Of a stretch of DNA of 64,000 bases, positions 1 to 10,018 are shown piece by piece (position 1 is the stretch's first letter; every line of letters starts with the position of its first letter). Source of the DNA: Candidatus Onthoplasma sp. Lineage in GTDB: Bacteria; Bacillota; Clostridia; Christensenellales; UBA1242. The notes under the pieces are model-generated. The model searched no databases. It saw nothing but the letters and a program-made list of their open reading frames with translations, and was not told where the DNA came from. The DNA is taken from assembly GCA_045633705.1 (NCBI GenBank), contig JAZQYV010000012.1, positions 82,057 to 146,056 on the forward strand, written 5' to 3'. A program made the translations under genes and the position numbers.

Positions 1-402
1 AAATATCTCGTTAAATTGGTCCTTTTTAACCTCTTGAGATTTAATATACTTTAATTCAGTAAATCTATTTAGTAAATTAGTTTTAGCCCTACTTATTTTT
101 ACCTCATCAGAGTCAAAATGCGCATACCACTTTAATGCTTGATTAGAAGACAATCTTACCTCTTTTGCTTTTATTTTATTATGTGACATTAAAGCCTTAA
201 TAATCTCCAACATATCAGCATACATAGTTTTAACCTTTGCAACAAGTTTACATTTTTCAGCTTCGGCAAAAGTCTGCAAAAACAAGGAATGTAAAGCATT
301 TTCATATTCCTCATTTTTCAAAACTACACATTGCCCCTGATAGCCTTTTTCTGATAAATTATTTAGGGCGCTATTTCTAACTATACTTCCTAAATTTGCC
401 AT
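1..402 (-). CDS. hypothetical protein, 5' part only (ORF runs off the left edge of the window)
   Basis: Not in the ORF track. Manual minus-strand translation from ATG 402-400 ([38 protein letters not shown]...) stays open to position 1 (134 codons). The ATG overlaps the recA stop (TAATG), suggesting translational coupling. No diagnostic motif recognised. Confidence 0.45.
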   Translation of the reverse strand, partial: MANLGSIVRNSALNNLSEKGYQGQCVVLKNEEYENALHSLFLQTFAEAEKCKLVAKVKTMYADMLEIIKALMSHNKIKAKEVRLSSNQALKWYAHFDSDEVKISRAKTNLLNRFTELKYIKSQEVKKDQFNEIF

Positions 403-1394
403 TATACCATTTTCTCTCTTATTAATTTTTCAATTTCATCAGCCAATTCTGGTGTATTTTGTAAATATGTTATTACATTGTCACGTCCTTGACCAATTTT
501 ATTTCCATTATAACTAAACCAAGAACCGCTTTTTTCAACAATATTAAATTCAATAGCCATATCAAGCAAACATCCAAGCATTGAAATTCCTTCACCATAC
601 ATAATGTCAAATTCCGCCTGTTTAAATGGTGGAGCAACCTTATTTTTTACCACTTTAACACGTGTTCTACTACCAACCATATCTTGTCCGCTTTTTAAAG
701 TTTCTACTTTACGAACATCCATACGTACACTTGAATAGAACTTTAGCGCCTTACCACCCGGTGTTGTTTCAGGTGAGCCAAACATTACGCCAACTTTTTC
801 ACGCAACTGGTTAATAAATATAACCAAAGTATTACTTTTAGCTATACCAGATGTTAACTTTCTTAAGGCCTGACTCATAAGTCTAGCTTGCAAACCAATA
901 AAACTATCACCCATTTCGCCGTCAATTTCAGCTTTTGGTGTAAGCGCTGCAACTGAGTCTACAACCACAATATCCACGCCGCCACTACGAACCAATTGTT
1001 CGGTAATTTCAAGTGCCTGTTCACCAGTATCCGGTTGAGATACATATAAGTTATTGATATCTACACCCAATTTACTAGCATAATTAGGGTCAAGCGCATG
1101 CTCAGCATCAATAAAGGCTGCCACTCCCCCCATCTTCTGAGCTTCTGCCACAACGTGCAAAGCAACTGTTGTTTTACCAGAAGATTCAGGGCCATAAATT
1201 TCAATAATACGCCCTCTTGGAAGGCCACCAACACCCAAAGCGTAGTCAAGCGTTAAACAGCCAGTTGGTATCACTTCAATATCCTTTCTAGCCTCTTCAT
1301 CCATCTTAATAATAGAGCCTTTGCCAAATTGCTTTTCAATTTGCAATATTACTTGGCTAAGCACTTTTTGTTTTTCCTCTCTATCCATATTCAT
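402..1394 (-). CDS. recA: recombinase RecA
   Basis: 330 aa; Walker [10 protein letters not shown] and canonical RecA core ([32 protein letters not shown]). Confidence 0.97.
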   Translation of the reverse strand: MNMDREEKQKVLSQVILQIEKQFGKGSIIKMDEEARKDIEVIPTGCLTLDYALGVGGLPRGRIIEIYGPESSGKTTVALHVVAEAQKMGGVAAFIDAEHALDPNYASKLGVDINNLYVSQPDTGEQALEITEQLVRSGGVDIVVVDSVAALTPKAEIDGEMGDSFIGLQARLMSQALRKLTSGIAKSNTLVIFINQLREKVGVMFGSPETTPGGKALKFYSSVRMDVRKVETLKSGQDMVGSRTRVKVVKNKVAPPFKQAEFDIMYGEGISMLGCLLDMAIEFNIVEKSGSWFSYNGNKIGQGRDNVITYLQNTPELADEIEKLIREKMV

Positions 1395-1440
1395 TCCTTT
1401 TTATGTTTTAAGTTTTGAATTTAAAACAAACAATTTAGCA

Positions 1441-2025
1441 CTATTTAGTGCTAATAACTTGTTTGTTCTTTACGATATAGTTTACCCCGGAAATTACGGT
1501 TAATACAGCCGAAACGCCAATTAACACATAACATACTACAGAAAAAACTGTCAAACCAACTGTTCCGTCAAATTTTGCTATTCCATTAAAGAATGATAAC
1601 AAGATACATAATGGCATTGTCCAGCATTGAACCATAGTTTTAGCTTTACCAATAATATCAGCGGCCAAAACAATACCCTTAGTGCAAGCAATTAGCCTAA
1701 ATGCATCAATAATAAGCTCACGACTAATAATTACTGTAAGCACAATAACGCCCCATGGACCTGGAACTGTACCATCAACAACAATCATAATCAATACACT
1801 TATTACAAGTAATTTATCTGCAATTGGATCCAAAAATTTACCAAAATCCGTTACAAGATTATACTTCCTAGCTATATAACCATCTAAGAAATCAGTAAAT
1901 GCTGCGATTACAAATAAAGCTAATGCAATTATCTTACCAAAAGGTATAGCATCAACCATGTAAAACACCATTACTAGCGGTATCATAATTACACGTAAAA
2001 TAGTTAATTTGTTAGGTAGATTCAT
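1441..2025 (-). CDS. pgsA: CDP-diacylglycerol--glycerol-3-phosphate 3-phosphatidyltransferase
   Basis: 194 aa polytopic membrane protein with the CDP-alcohol phosphatidyltransferase motif (DFLDGYIARK...G...DPIADKLL). SD AAAGGAGGGG lies upstream of the ATG. pgsA upstream of recA is common Firmicute synteny. Confidence 0.9.
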   Translation of the reverse strand: MNLPNKLTILRVIMIPLVMVFYMVDAIPFGKIIALALFVIAAFTDFLDGYIARKYNLVTDFGKFLDPIADKLLVISVLIMIVVDGTVPGPWGVIVLTVIISRELIIDAFRLIACTKGIVLAADIIGKAKTMVQCWTMPLCILLSFFNGIAKFDGTVGLTVFSVVCYVLIGVSAVLTVISGVNYIVKNKQVISTK

Positions 2026-2190
2026 AAAATCCCCTCCTTTTAATTACTAATATCATAGCAAACAAATCAAAATTTTACAAACAATTTTAACAAGTTGATT
2101 ATAAATTTAAAAATTTTATTCAACCAATAATAGATTCCTAAATTTTTAAGCGTTTTATATTAGTATAAAATAAACATGTGTCTATTTTAG

Positions 2191-2220
2191 TTGACAATTC
2201 CTTTTATAATAATATATAAT
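2191..2220 (+). promoter_or_regulatory. sigma-A-type promoter candidate for degV
   Basis: TTGACA 2191-2196, 18-bp spacer, TATAAT 2215-2220. Confidence 0.5.
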
Positions 2221-2251
2221 ATTATCATTGTTATACATAAAGGAGAAAACT

Positions 2252-3139
2252 ATGGCTAAAGTTGGTATTGTTACCGATAATAGTTCGGGCTTCACAATTC
2301 AAGAAGCAAATAAATTAGGAATTAAAATGACTTACATACCTTTCCTTATTAATGGTGAGGAATATAGTGAAGATAAAAATTTAACACAATCATTGTTTTA
2401 TGAAAAATTAGATAGTTCTGCAAGTGTATCAACATCTCAACCAAGTCAAGAACTGGTTAAATCCGTTTGGAATGAAATGCTAAAAGAATATGATGAAATT
2501 GTTTACATTCCTTTATCAAGTGGCTTAAGTTCTACATATCAATCATCAATGTTTTCAGCCAGCAATTACAACGGAAAAGTCCATGTTGTAAATAATAAAC
2601 GCGTATCAGTTACTCTTAAATTAGATGTTTTGGAGGCTTTAGAACTTGCAAAACAAGGTAAATCAGCACTTGAAATTAAAAACATTTTGGAACAAAACTG
2701 TTTAAATTCTAGTATTTATATTATGGTTCCTACCCTTAAATATCTTAAGAAGGGTGGACGTATAACTCCTGCAGCGGCAGCTATTGGCTCTTTGCTTAGC
2801 ATTAAGCCAGTACTTCAAATCCAAGGAGATAAATTAGATTCTTATGCAAAAGTATTAACGGTTAAACAAGCAAAATCAAAAATGATTAATGCTATTAAAA
2901 AAGATATTCAAACAAGATTTAACAATATTCCATCTAATAAAAAGATTGTACTAGCACTAGCCCATACAACGTCAGATGATAACGAACTAAAAATGTTTAA
3001 AAATGAAGTTGAAAGTGAATTAAACGACTATCCAATTAGTTTTATTGACCCACTTCCTCTTGCAATTGCTTGCCACATTGGGAAAGGAGCTTTAGCAATG
3101 GCTTGCTGTGTTGTTGATAATAATATCGCAAATAATTAA
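2252..3139 (+). CDS. DegV family fatty-acid-binding protein
   Basis: MAKVGIVTDNSSG... typical DegV N-terminus, plus GLSSTYQS and LKKGGRI motifs. I prefer the ATG at 2252 (SD AAAGGAG 2240-2246) over the track start at 2228. Confidence 0.85.
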   Translation: MAKVGIVTDNSSGFTIQEANKLGIKMTYIPFLINGEEYSEDKNLTQSLFYEKLDSSASVSTSQPSQELVKSVWNEMLKEYDEIVYIPLSSGLSSTYQSSMFSASNYNGKVHVVNNKRVSVTLKLDVLEALELAKQGKSALEIKNILEQNCLNSSIYIMVPTLKYLKKGGRITPAAAAIGSLLSIKPVLQIQGDKLDSYAKVLTVKQAKSKMINAIKKDIQTRFNNIPSNKKIVLALAHTTSDDNELKMFKNEVESELNDYPISFIDPLPLAIACHIGKGALAMACCVVDNNIANN

Positions 3140-3144
3140 ATATA

Positions 3145-3175
3145 AAAAACTCTTGGCATGACCAAGAGTTTTTTA
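3145..3175 (+). terminator. intrinsic terminator after degV
   Basis: AAAAACTCTTGG / CCAAGAGTTTTT hairpin followed by a T-run. Confidence 0.8.
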
Positions 3176-3243
3176 TTGATGTTTACCCTGTTAATTATTA
3201 CAATTAAATCCAATAATTTGTTATTAAGTATACCAATCCATAC

Positions 3244-3285
3244 CTATATATATTATATACGCACGCGCATATATAATATATATAG
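3244..3285. repeat. perfect 16-bp inverted repeat with a 10-nt G+C-only-like spacer
   Basis: CTATATATATTATATA (3244-3259), spacer CGCACGCGCA (3260-3269), TATATAATATATATAG (3270-3285). The arms are exact reverse complements. Confidence 0.9.
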
Positions 3286-3560
3286 TATATTTATTATATA
3301 TATACATTATATAATACGTAATCTTTAGTCCGCTTAAATATATCATATAATATACCTATCTATCATATCTATTTGTAGTAATATATATTTGAATCTTAAA
3401 ACAGCCACTATTCAACTTACTGTTATTATACATTTGTATTAATGTAATTATTCAAAAAAACACAATTAAGTATTATATCATTATATCAATTTAAAAATAA
3501 AATTTATCATTTGTATTTTTAATAAATTTTATCATTTGTTTTTAATTTTTATTAAATTTA

Positions 3561-3588
3561 TTGACTATTTGTTATTTTTTGATATAAT
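3561..3588 (+). promoter_or_regulatory. sigma-A-type promoter candidate for recF (extended -10)
   Basis: TTGACT 3561-3566, 16-bp spacer, TGaTATAAT ending at 3588. Confidence 0.55.
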
Positions 3589-3639
3589 TAAAATGATTTG
3601 ATATATATTTTATATATTAATTTGATTTATTAAAACAAT

Positions 3640-4713
3640 ATGAAAATTAATAGCATTAAACTTACCAACTTTAGAAATTATACTAACTCCATAATTAAAT
3701 TTAGTAATGGAGTAAATTTTGTGTTGGGTAAAAATGCGCAAGGGAAAACCAATTTGCTAGAAAGTATATATTTGTGTGCTATTAGTAAAAGCCCTCGCAC
3801 CAGTAAAGAAAAGCAAATGATTAAGTTTGAAAACGAGTATGCACAAGTTAGCTTGGATTTTAATACAATTGGTGGAACTAAAAATATTGAGGTTACATTA
3901 AACAATTCTAACAAAAAAGTAATTAAGATTAATAAAATACCAATTGTAAAACTTACACAACTTATTGGAGAGCTTAATGTTGTATATTTCTCACCAGATG
4001 AATTAAGATTAGTTAAAGAAACTCCTGAAGATAGAAGACATTTTTTAGATATATCTATTAGCCAATTTGATAAACAATATATGTTTGACTTAATACGCTA
4101 CGATAAAATATTAAAACAACGTAATTGTGTGTTAAAATCAAATATAAGTAATCAATCTAAAATAGAGCAATTAAATATATGGACACCACAACTCATATTG
4201 ATAGCTGAAAAAATAATTAAAAAAAGAATTTTATTTATTGAAAATTTGAAAAAATATTCGAAAATGATTTACAATTCAATTATTTTAGGTGAAACTCTTG
4301 ATATTTCCTACTCTTTTGCAGAAAAAAATAATATTTCTATTTTTGACGATTTAACCAGTCAATTTAATTTAAATTTAAATAAAGAGCTGGAAATGCAACA
4401 TACCTTAATTGGTCCACACCGAGATGATATTATTTTTAAAGTTAATAATCAGGACTGCAGATATTTTTCATCTCAAGGTCAACAACGAACAGTAGCACTA
4501 ACGTTAAAACTTGCATTAATGGAAATTATAAAAGAAGAAGTTAAAGAATATCCTGTTCTTTTGTTGGACGATGTGTTAAGTGAACTAGACAACAATCGCC
4601 AAGAAAGGCTCCTTGGTATTGTTAAAAATTATCAAACAATTATTTCATGTGCTGATATAAATTTAAACCTCGATGGAAATAAAATATATATTGAAAATGG
4701 TACACAAAAGTAA
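3640..4713 (+). CDS. recF: DNA replication/repair protein RecF
   Basis: 357 aa; Walker A GKNAQGKTNLLES, ABC signature SQGQQR, Walker B LLLDDVLSELD. Confidence 0.93.
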   Translation: MKINSIKLTNFRNYTNSIIKFSNGVNFVLGKNAQGKTNLLESIYLCAISKSPRTSKEKQMIKFENEYAQVSLDFNTIGGTKNIEVTLNNSNKKVIKINKIPIVKLTQLIGELNVVYFSPDELRLVKETPEDRRHFLDISISQFDKQYMFDLIRYDKILKQRNCVLKSNISNQSKIEQLNIWTPQLILIAEKIIKKRILFIENLKKYSKMIYNSIILGETLDISYSFAEKNNISIFDDLTSQFNLNLNKELEMQHTLIGPHRDDIIFKVNNQDCRYFSSQGQQRTVALTLKLALMEIIKEEVKEYPVLLLDDVLSELDNNRQERLLGIVKNYQTIISCADINLNLDGNKIYIENGTQK

Positions 4714-4797
4714 AACTTAATGTTTTGCTTTTTTTGTTGAGTAGAAACCATACTTGCTAGAATTTGCTAAAATTTTGAATTGGTTTTATTTTTAGCA

Positions 4798-4826
4798 TTG
4801 ACATTTTAATAAATTAAGTGTATAAT
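4798..4826 (+). promoter_or_regulatory. sigma-A-type promoter candidate for dnaA
   Basis: TTGACA 4798-4803, 17-bp spacer, TATAAT 4821-4826. SD AAGAGGTG lies before the ATG at 4879. Confidence 0.65.
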
Positions 4827-4878
4827 ATTATTAATTATAACTAAAAAATTTGTAAATATATTTATTAAGAGGTGTGTT

Positions 4879-6210
4879 ATGTTGCAAGAACAATGGAATA
4901 ATGTTTTAAGTGTGTTACAAAATCAAGTGACAGCAATCACTTTTGATTTGTGGATTAATACTCTTAAGCCAATTAGCTATCATGACGATGAACTAATTTT
5001 GCAAGCTCCTAGTAGTTCGGCTAAACATCAAGCAACTAATTCTAACATTTTGTCAAAAATCCAATCAGCTGTTCATCAAGTATTTAATCTTTATACAGAG
5101 GTTAGGATTATTGAAGAAAAGGAAATTGAAAATCTTCAACCAAAACATATCGAGCAAACTGGCGATGATAAGTTAAAATCAAAATTTAATCAAAAATATA
5201 CATTTAACAATTTTGTTGTTGGTAAAAGCAATCAATTTGTGCATGCAGCCATGTTAAGTGTTGCTGAAAATCCAAGTTCTAAATTTAATCCATTATTTAT
5301 TTATGGTGGAGTAGGACTTGGAAAAACCCACTTACTTCATGCCGTAGGTAATCATTTAAACAATACTAGACCCGAGCTTAATGTTTTGTATGTAACATGT
5401 GAAAAATTTACAAATGATTATGTTGAATCTATTCGTTCGGGTAAAGATAAAGCAAATTTATTCTTCAGAGAAAAATATCGTAACGTCGACGTATTGATGA
5501 TTGATGATATCCAGTTTATCTCTAACAAGATGGGAATACAAGAAGAATTCTTCCATACATTTAATGATTTGTATCAGAATAACAAACAAATTATTATTGC
5601 ATCAGATCGCTCTCCTAAAGATATGTCCGCTTTGGAAGAAAGATTACGTTCTCGCTTTAGCAGTGGATTAATTCAGGATATACAAACTCCGGATTATGAA
5701 ACTCGTGTTGCAATATTACGTAAAAAAGCTAGTCAGGAAGGCTATTTAGTAGATAATGAAGTGATTGACTTTATTGCACAAAAACTTAATACCAATATTC
5801 GTGAAATGGAAGGAATACTTTCAAAGGTGGTCTTCTATTCATCATTGATTGGAAAGTCATCTGCTAATATGGATGACGCTAGAGAAGCTTTAAAAGATAG
5901 TGAAGAGCCAGAAAAAGAAACTTTAGATGCAGAACGTATTGTACAAACTGTATGCCAATTCTTTAAAATTTCAAAAGAAGAATTGATTGGAAAAAAGAAA
6001 AATAAAGAAATTGTTGAACCTCGTCAACTTTGTATTTATTTAATTAACGAAATGCTAGATATTCCTTTAACTGCTATTGGTACAATATTTGGTGGTAGAG
6101 ATCATACAACCATTATGCACGCAAGAGATAAGATATCCACACAGATGAAGACTAATCCACATATAAAAACATTGGTTGGAGACATCAAATCGCAGATTTT
6201 AAGATACTAA
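4879..6210 (+). CDS. dnaA: chromosomal replication initiator DnaA
   Basis: 443 aa; AAA+ Walker A GGVGLGKTHLLHA, Walker B MIDDIQF, C-terminal DnaA-box-binding helix (GGRDHTTIMHA). Confidence 0.98.
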   Translation: MLQEQWNNVLSVLQNQVTAITFDLWINTLKPISYHDDELILQAPSSSAKHQATNSNILSKIQSAVHQVFNLYTEVRIIEEKEIENLQPKHIEQTGDDKLKSKFNQKYTFNNFVVGKSNQFVHAAMLSVAENPSSKFNPLFIYGGVGLGKTHLLHAVGNHLNNTRPELNVLYVTCEKFTNDYVESIRSGKDKANLFFREKYRNVDVLMIDDIQFISNKMGIQEEFFHTFNDLYQNNKQIIIASDRSPKDMSALEERLRSRFSSGLIQDIQTPDYETRVAILRKKASQEGYLVDNEVIDFIAQKLNTNIREMEGILSKVVFYSSLIGKSSANMDDAREALKDSEEPEKETLDAERIVQTVCQFFKISKEELIGKKKNKEIVEPRQLCIYLINEMLDIPLTAIGTIFGGRDHTTIMHARDKISTQMKTNPHIKTLVGDIKSQILRY

Positions 6211-6919
6211 AACGCGAAATTTGGCACTTTTACACAGATTTGTGGGTAAATTGTGTATTATTTTACACTTTTTATCCACAAATTTTTTTGTGCAATTTTA
6301 CAATATATTGTACTGTTATTGTTTTTAAACACTTTATATGGTGGTATTTTGAGTTATACACATATCCACAGCCCATAATATATCTAATATTTTAAAAAAA
6401 TAAATATATATAAGTAAATTTTAATTAGCACGTGCGTATTAATAAATCAATATACTTATTTATTAGTAAAATTTATATTTACTAAAACTGGATTTTATCT
6501 GTACTCAATCATTTAATAAATATATATACTTAATTTTTATGTTATGCTAAAAAATATAGTACTTAATTTATTAAATGAAAAAAGATGGTTATGTGGATAA
6601 AAATTATGGTGCGTTTTGTGGATAAATACATACTTGTCCACATGTCGTGGATAACTTATTTTAAGCACACTATTGAATATTTTAAGCGTATTTGTTATAA
6701 CATATTATTATAAATTAAGTATACTTTTTTTAACTAATATTTAATAAAGCAGTATACTTATTTATTAATAGTGTCGAAATGGTTAAGATTATTATATTCT
6801 AATAAATATAGTTAACATATTATATATAAAAAAATAAAAATATGTGTTAAAATTTTGGCTATAATTATTGACAGATTTAGGGTTGTGTGTTATTATTAAA
6901 GTGCTTATAGGAGAAGATT
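6211..6919. other. candidate oriC: DnaA-box cluster plus AT-rich unwinding region in the dnaA-dnaN spacer
   Basis: Perfect TTATCCACA at 6272-6280. Perfect reverse boxes TGTGGATAA at 6592-6600 and 6617-6625. One-mismatch boxes at 6354-6362, 6362-6370, 6634-6642 and 6646-6654. Nearly pure A+T stretches with repeated motifs lie between and after them. Confidence 0.7.
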
Positions 6920-8017
6920 ATGTTATTTAGATGTGACGGATTAGATTTATCAGAAGCTGTTAATAAAGTTTTAAAGGCAGTTTCTTCAAAAACAATATCT
7001 CCAATTTTGGAAGGTATAAAGATTAGTGCTTTTGGAGACTCAGTAGTTTTGTCAGGCACAGATTTAGAATTGTCTATTCAAAAAACAATTAAAGCTGAAG
7101 TTATTGATGAAGGCGAAACAGTTGTTCCTGGTAAATTATTTGGAGAATATTTAAGAAAATTAACTAATGAACAGATTAGTTTGGAACTAAATGAACGCAA
7201 TCAACTAAGAATTAGTTATTCAGATAGTGAAGGATTTATTCAATGCATGGATGTACTTGAATTTCCAGAGCTTAAGAATATTGATAAAGTGGAATACTTT
7301 GAAATTAATAGAAGTGCGTTAAAGAATTTGATTAACACTGTAATATTTGCTGTTGCGGTAGATGATAGCCGACCAATTTTAAAAGGTGTATTGTTTGAAG
7401 TTAATAGCGAAAGTGTTCGTGCTGTTGCACTAGATGGATTTAGAATGGCTATGGCAAATCAAAAGATTAATACTACAACTTCAGATTTTAGCTTTATTGT
7501 GCCAGCAAGAAGTTTAGCAGAGATTGCAAGAATGTTAGATAATGATGAAACCGTTAAGGTCTATGTACATTCAAACAATTTAATGGTTGATATGATTGAT
7601 ACAGTTATAACAACAAGACTTTTAGAAGGTCAATTTATAAATTATCGTCAAATTTTAAATTCTAACTTTAATACAACGATTACAATTAAGAAATCTCAAC
7701 TTGAAGATGCTATTGACCGTGCAAGTTTATTATCAAAAGGTGATAAAAACAGTAGAGTTAAGTTTGATATAACTGAAAATTCATTAGTTTTAACATCTGA
7801 TAGTGAAATTGGTAATGTTAAGGAGAATATTCCAGTAACAATGAAAGGTGCTGATATTGTTATTGCATTCAATTCAAAATACTTTACAGATTGCTTGCGT
7901 GCAACTGAAGATGAATATATAAAAATCAACTTTAGCAATGCAATTTCACATTGTATTGTTACGCCAAATGAAAATGAAGACTATTTGTTCTTAATACTAC
8001 CAGTAAGAATGGTTTAA
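6920..8017 (+). CDS. dnaN: DNA polymerase III beta sliding clamp
   Basis: 365 aa with typical DnaN sequence throughout (SRPILKGVLFE, LLEGQFINYRQIL). SD TAGGAGAAG lies upstream. Confidence 0.97.
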   Translation: MLFRCDGLDLSEAVNKVLKAVSSKTISPILEGIKISAFGDSVVLSGTDLELSIQKTIKAEVIDEGETVVPGKLFGEYLRKLTNEQISLELNERNQLRISYSDSEGFIQCMDVLEFPELKNIDKVEYFEINRSALKNLINTVIFAVAVDDSRPILKGVLFEVNSESVRAVALDGFRMAMANQKINTTTSDFSFIVPARSLAEIARMLDNDETVKVYVHSNNLMVDMIDTVITTRLLEGQFINYRQILNSNFNTTITIKKSQLEDAIDRASLLSKGDKNSRVKFDITENSLVLTSDSEIGNVKENIPVTMKGADIVIAFNSKYFTDCLRATEDEYIKINFSNAISHCIVTPNENEDYLFLILPVRMV

Positions 8018-8076
8018 GACTAAAATAACATTATTTTATATATAATATATATATTTTTAAATAATTGATAATAAAG

Positions 8077-8108
8077 TTATCCACATTGAAAGTGAATTTT
8101 GTGGATAA
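8077..8108. promoter_or_regulatory. inverted pair of perfect DnaA boxes upstream of rpmH
   Basis: TTATCCACA 8077-8085 and TGTGGATAA 8100-8108. Confidence 0.7.
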
Positions 8109-8134
8109 CTTTTTGTTTAAATTTTAAATTATCA

Positions 8135-8163
8135 TTGACAAATCGCAAGATTAAAGTTATAAT
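8135..8163 (+). promoter_or_regulatory. consensus sigma-A promoter for the rpmH operon
   Basis: TTGACA 8135-8140, 17-bp spacer, TATAAT 8158-8163. Confidence 0.7.
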
Positions 8164-8196
8164 GCTATTACTTGATTTTGATAAAAGGAGAAGATT

Positions 8197-8331
8197 ATGA
8201 AGCAAACTTATCAACCAAAGAAAAGACAAAGAAGTAAAGTTCATGGCTTTAGAGCTAGAATGAAGACATTGTCAGGCAGAAAGGTTTTAAAGAGACGCAG
8301 AAATAGAGGAAGAAATAAATTATCAGCATAG
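8197..8331 (+). CDS. rpmH: 50S ribosomal protein L34
   Basis: Absent from the ORF track (44 aa). Manual translation gives [56 protein letters not shown] lies upstream, and the gene sits directly before rnpA. Confidence 0.93.
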   Translation: MKQTYQPKKRQRSKVHGFRARMKTLSGRKVLKRRRNRGRNKLSA

Positions 8332-8339
8332 GAAGTGGT

Positions 8340-8690
8340 ATGTTAAAACGAATTAACAGAGTAAAGAAAACCAAAGAATTTAATTACATCTATAGAAAAG
8401 GTTTGTTTTATAGTTGTAAGTATTTTTCCGTTCACTATGTTGATACAAAATTGCCTGTTGCAAAAGTTGGTATTTCAGTTAGCAATAAGGTTGGTAATTC
8501 GGTTACACGCAGTAGGTATAAGCGAATTATGAGCGAAATTGTTAGAGTTAAATTACCAATTTTAGCAATCAAAAATTATATTATAACATTAAAGCCTGAA
8601 GCTACTAGTGTAGACTTTATGGTTTTAAATGAACAGTTTAATCAATTTTTAATTAAACATGATTTAATCAAGGATACAAAAGATGTATAA
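8340..8690 (+). CDS. rnpA: ribonuclease P protein component
   Basis: 116 aa basic protein immediately downstream of rpmH. RnpA-like N-terminus (RINRVKKTKEFNYIYRKG). Confidence 0.9.
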   Translation: MLKRINRVKKTKEFNYIYRKGLFYSCKYFSVHYVDTKLPVAKVGISVSNKVGNSVTRSRYKRIMSEIVRVKLPILAIKNYIITLKPEATSVDFMVLNEQFNQFLIKHDLIKDTKDV

Positions 8691-8958
8691 AATGTTAAAA
8701 ATCGTGCTTTTTCCATTGTTATGTGTAGAGCTTGTATTCTTGATTTTTTATAAATTAATTATATCACCACTGATTGGTTCAAATTGTTCAAAAATGCCAA
8801 CGTGCTCAATTTATATGATGCGTTGTGTGCTTAAATTTAACGCTGTAACTGGCGTTATTATTGGAACTAAACGTCTTTTTAGATGTACCAAAACGCATAA
8901 AGGCGGATTAGATTTAGAACCATTAAATATTTTAGGAGTGTACAAATGGGTGTGTTAA
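8683..8958 (+). CDS. yidD: membrane protein insertion efficiency factor YidD
   Basis: Contains the conserved YidD core (PTCSIYMMRCV...G...TKRLFRC..., HKGGLDLEP). Overlaps the rnpA stop and the yidC start. Confidence 0.85.
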   Translation: MYKMLKIVLFPLLCVELVFLIFYKLIISPLIGSNCSKMPTCSIYMMRCVLKFNAVTGVIIGTKRLFRCTKTHKGGLDLEPLNILGVYKWVC

Positions 8959-10013
8959 AATTTTCACAATTACTAATAACAAAAGCCTTTTGGGGGAAAT
9001 TGATTGACTTGTTTGTAAAATGGGTGGGAAATTATGGTTGGGCAATAATATTGCTTACAATTGCAATTAAATTGGTATTAACACCAATTGAAATTATGCA
9101 AAAGCGTACAAATGCTCAAAATGCTAAAATGCAGGCCATAATGCAACCAGAACTACAAAAAGTTCAACAACAATATCCAGGAGATAGAAACAAGCTAAAC
9201 CAAAAACAAATGGAATTAGCTAAAAAATATAACTTTAACATGACAGGGACATGCTTAACACTGCTTGTATCGATGATTATAACCTTAACCGTGTTTACAT
9301 CATTGTTTATAGGTTTAAAGTCATTGTCAACCAAGCAGGAAAATAAAGCTTTTAATGAAATATATCAAACTTATCAACAAGCTGTAACATATACAGTGGA
9401 TAATCAAGATGAATTTTTGAAAGATGGAACTGAAATTGACCAAGCTAAAATAGATACATATATTTCTAATCAAGTAAATGCTAAATTTAAAGAGCAATCT
9501 AAAAAATATAGCTTTATGTGGGTTAAGAATGTATGGAAAGGAGACTCTAAAACTTCTCCTGTAGTTAATTACTCAGCATTTAAAAAATACGCACTTAAAA
9601 ATGGTATTGTAGTAGAAGCTAATTTAGAACAATTTGAAGCCGATTATAATAAAATTAAGGGTATTATTGAGTATAAAACACCAAACAATGGTTGTTATTT
9701 GTTGATAATATTAGCAGGCGCAATAACTTTCCTAGTACAATTTTTACAAACTAAATTGCAGGAAAAGAAAACGGGTGTTAAAAATCCAAGTACAAAAGTA
9801 ATGTTGTTTATAATGCCTTTATTTATGGTAATATTTGCAGCAACATCTAGTGCTTTGTTTACTTTGTATATTATTACAAACTCGATAGTATCTGCCATTA
9901 TATCAACCGTTGTTGATTTGTGTATGCCAACTAATAAAGGTGATAACAATGTTGTATATAAAAAAGGCAATACAGAAGTAGTAGAATACAGTAGAAATTA
10001 CAATAAAGGATAA
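8946..10013 (+). CDS. yidC: YidC/Oxa1-family membrane protein insertase
   Basis: 355 aa polytopic protein with the typical first TM (WAIILLTIAIKLVLTPI) and MQ.IQPE..K.Q..Y motif region. Conserved rnpA-yidC-jag synteny. Confidence 0.9.
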   Translation: MGVLKFSQLLITKAFWGKLIDLFVKWVGNYGWAIILLTIAIKLVLTPIEIMQKRTNAQNAKMQAIMQPELQKVQQQYPGDRNKLNQKQMELAKKYNFNMTGTCLTLLVSMIITLTVFTSLFIGLKSLSTKQENKAFNEIYQTYQQAVTYTVDNQDEFLKDGTEIDQAKIDTYISNQVNAKFKEQSKKYSFMWVKNVWKGDSKTSPVVNYSAFKKYALKNGIVVEANLEQFEADYNKIKGIIEYKTPNNGCYLLIILAGAITFLVQFLQTKLQEKKTGVKNPSTKVMLFIMPLFMVIFAATSSALFTLYIITNSIVSAIISTVVDLCMPTNKGDNNVVYKKGNTEVVEYSRNYNKG

Positions 10014-10018
10014 GGATT

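Noticed and set aside
1395-1500. Search for a LexA/DinR SOS box (GAAC-N4-GTTC) upstream of recA
   Set aside because: Only a partial resemblance (GAACAAACAAGTT) was found, and it lies inside the pgsA coding sequence. No valid second half-site.
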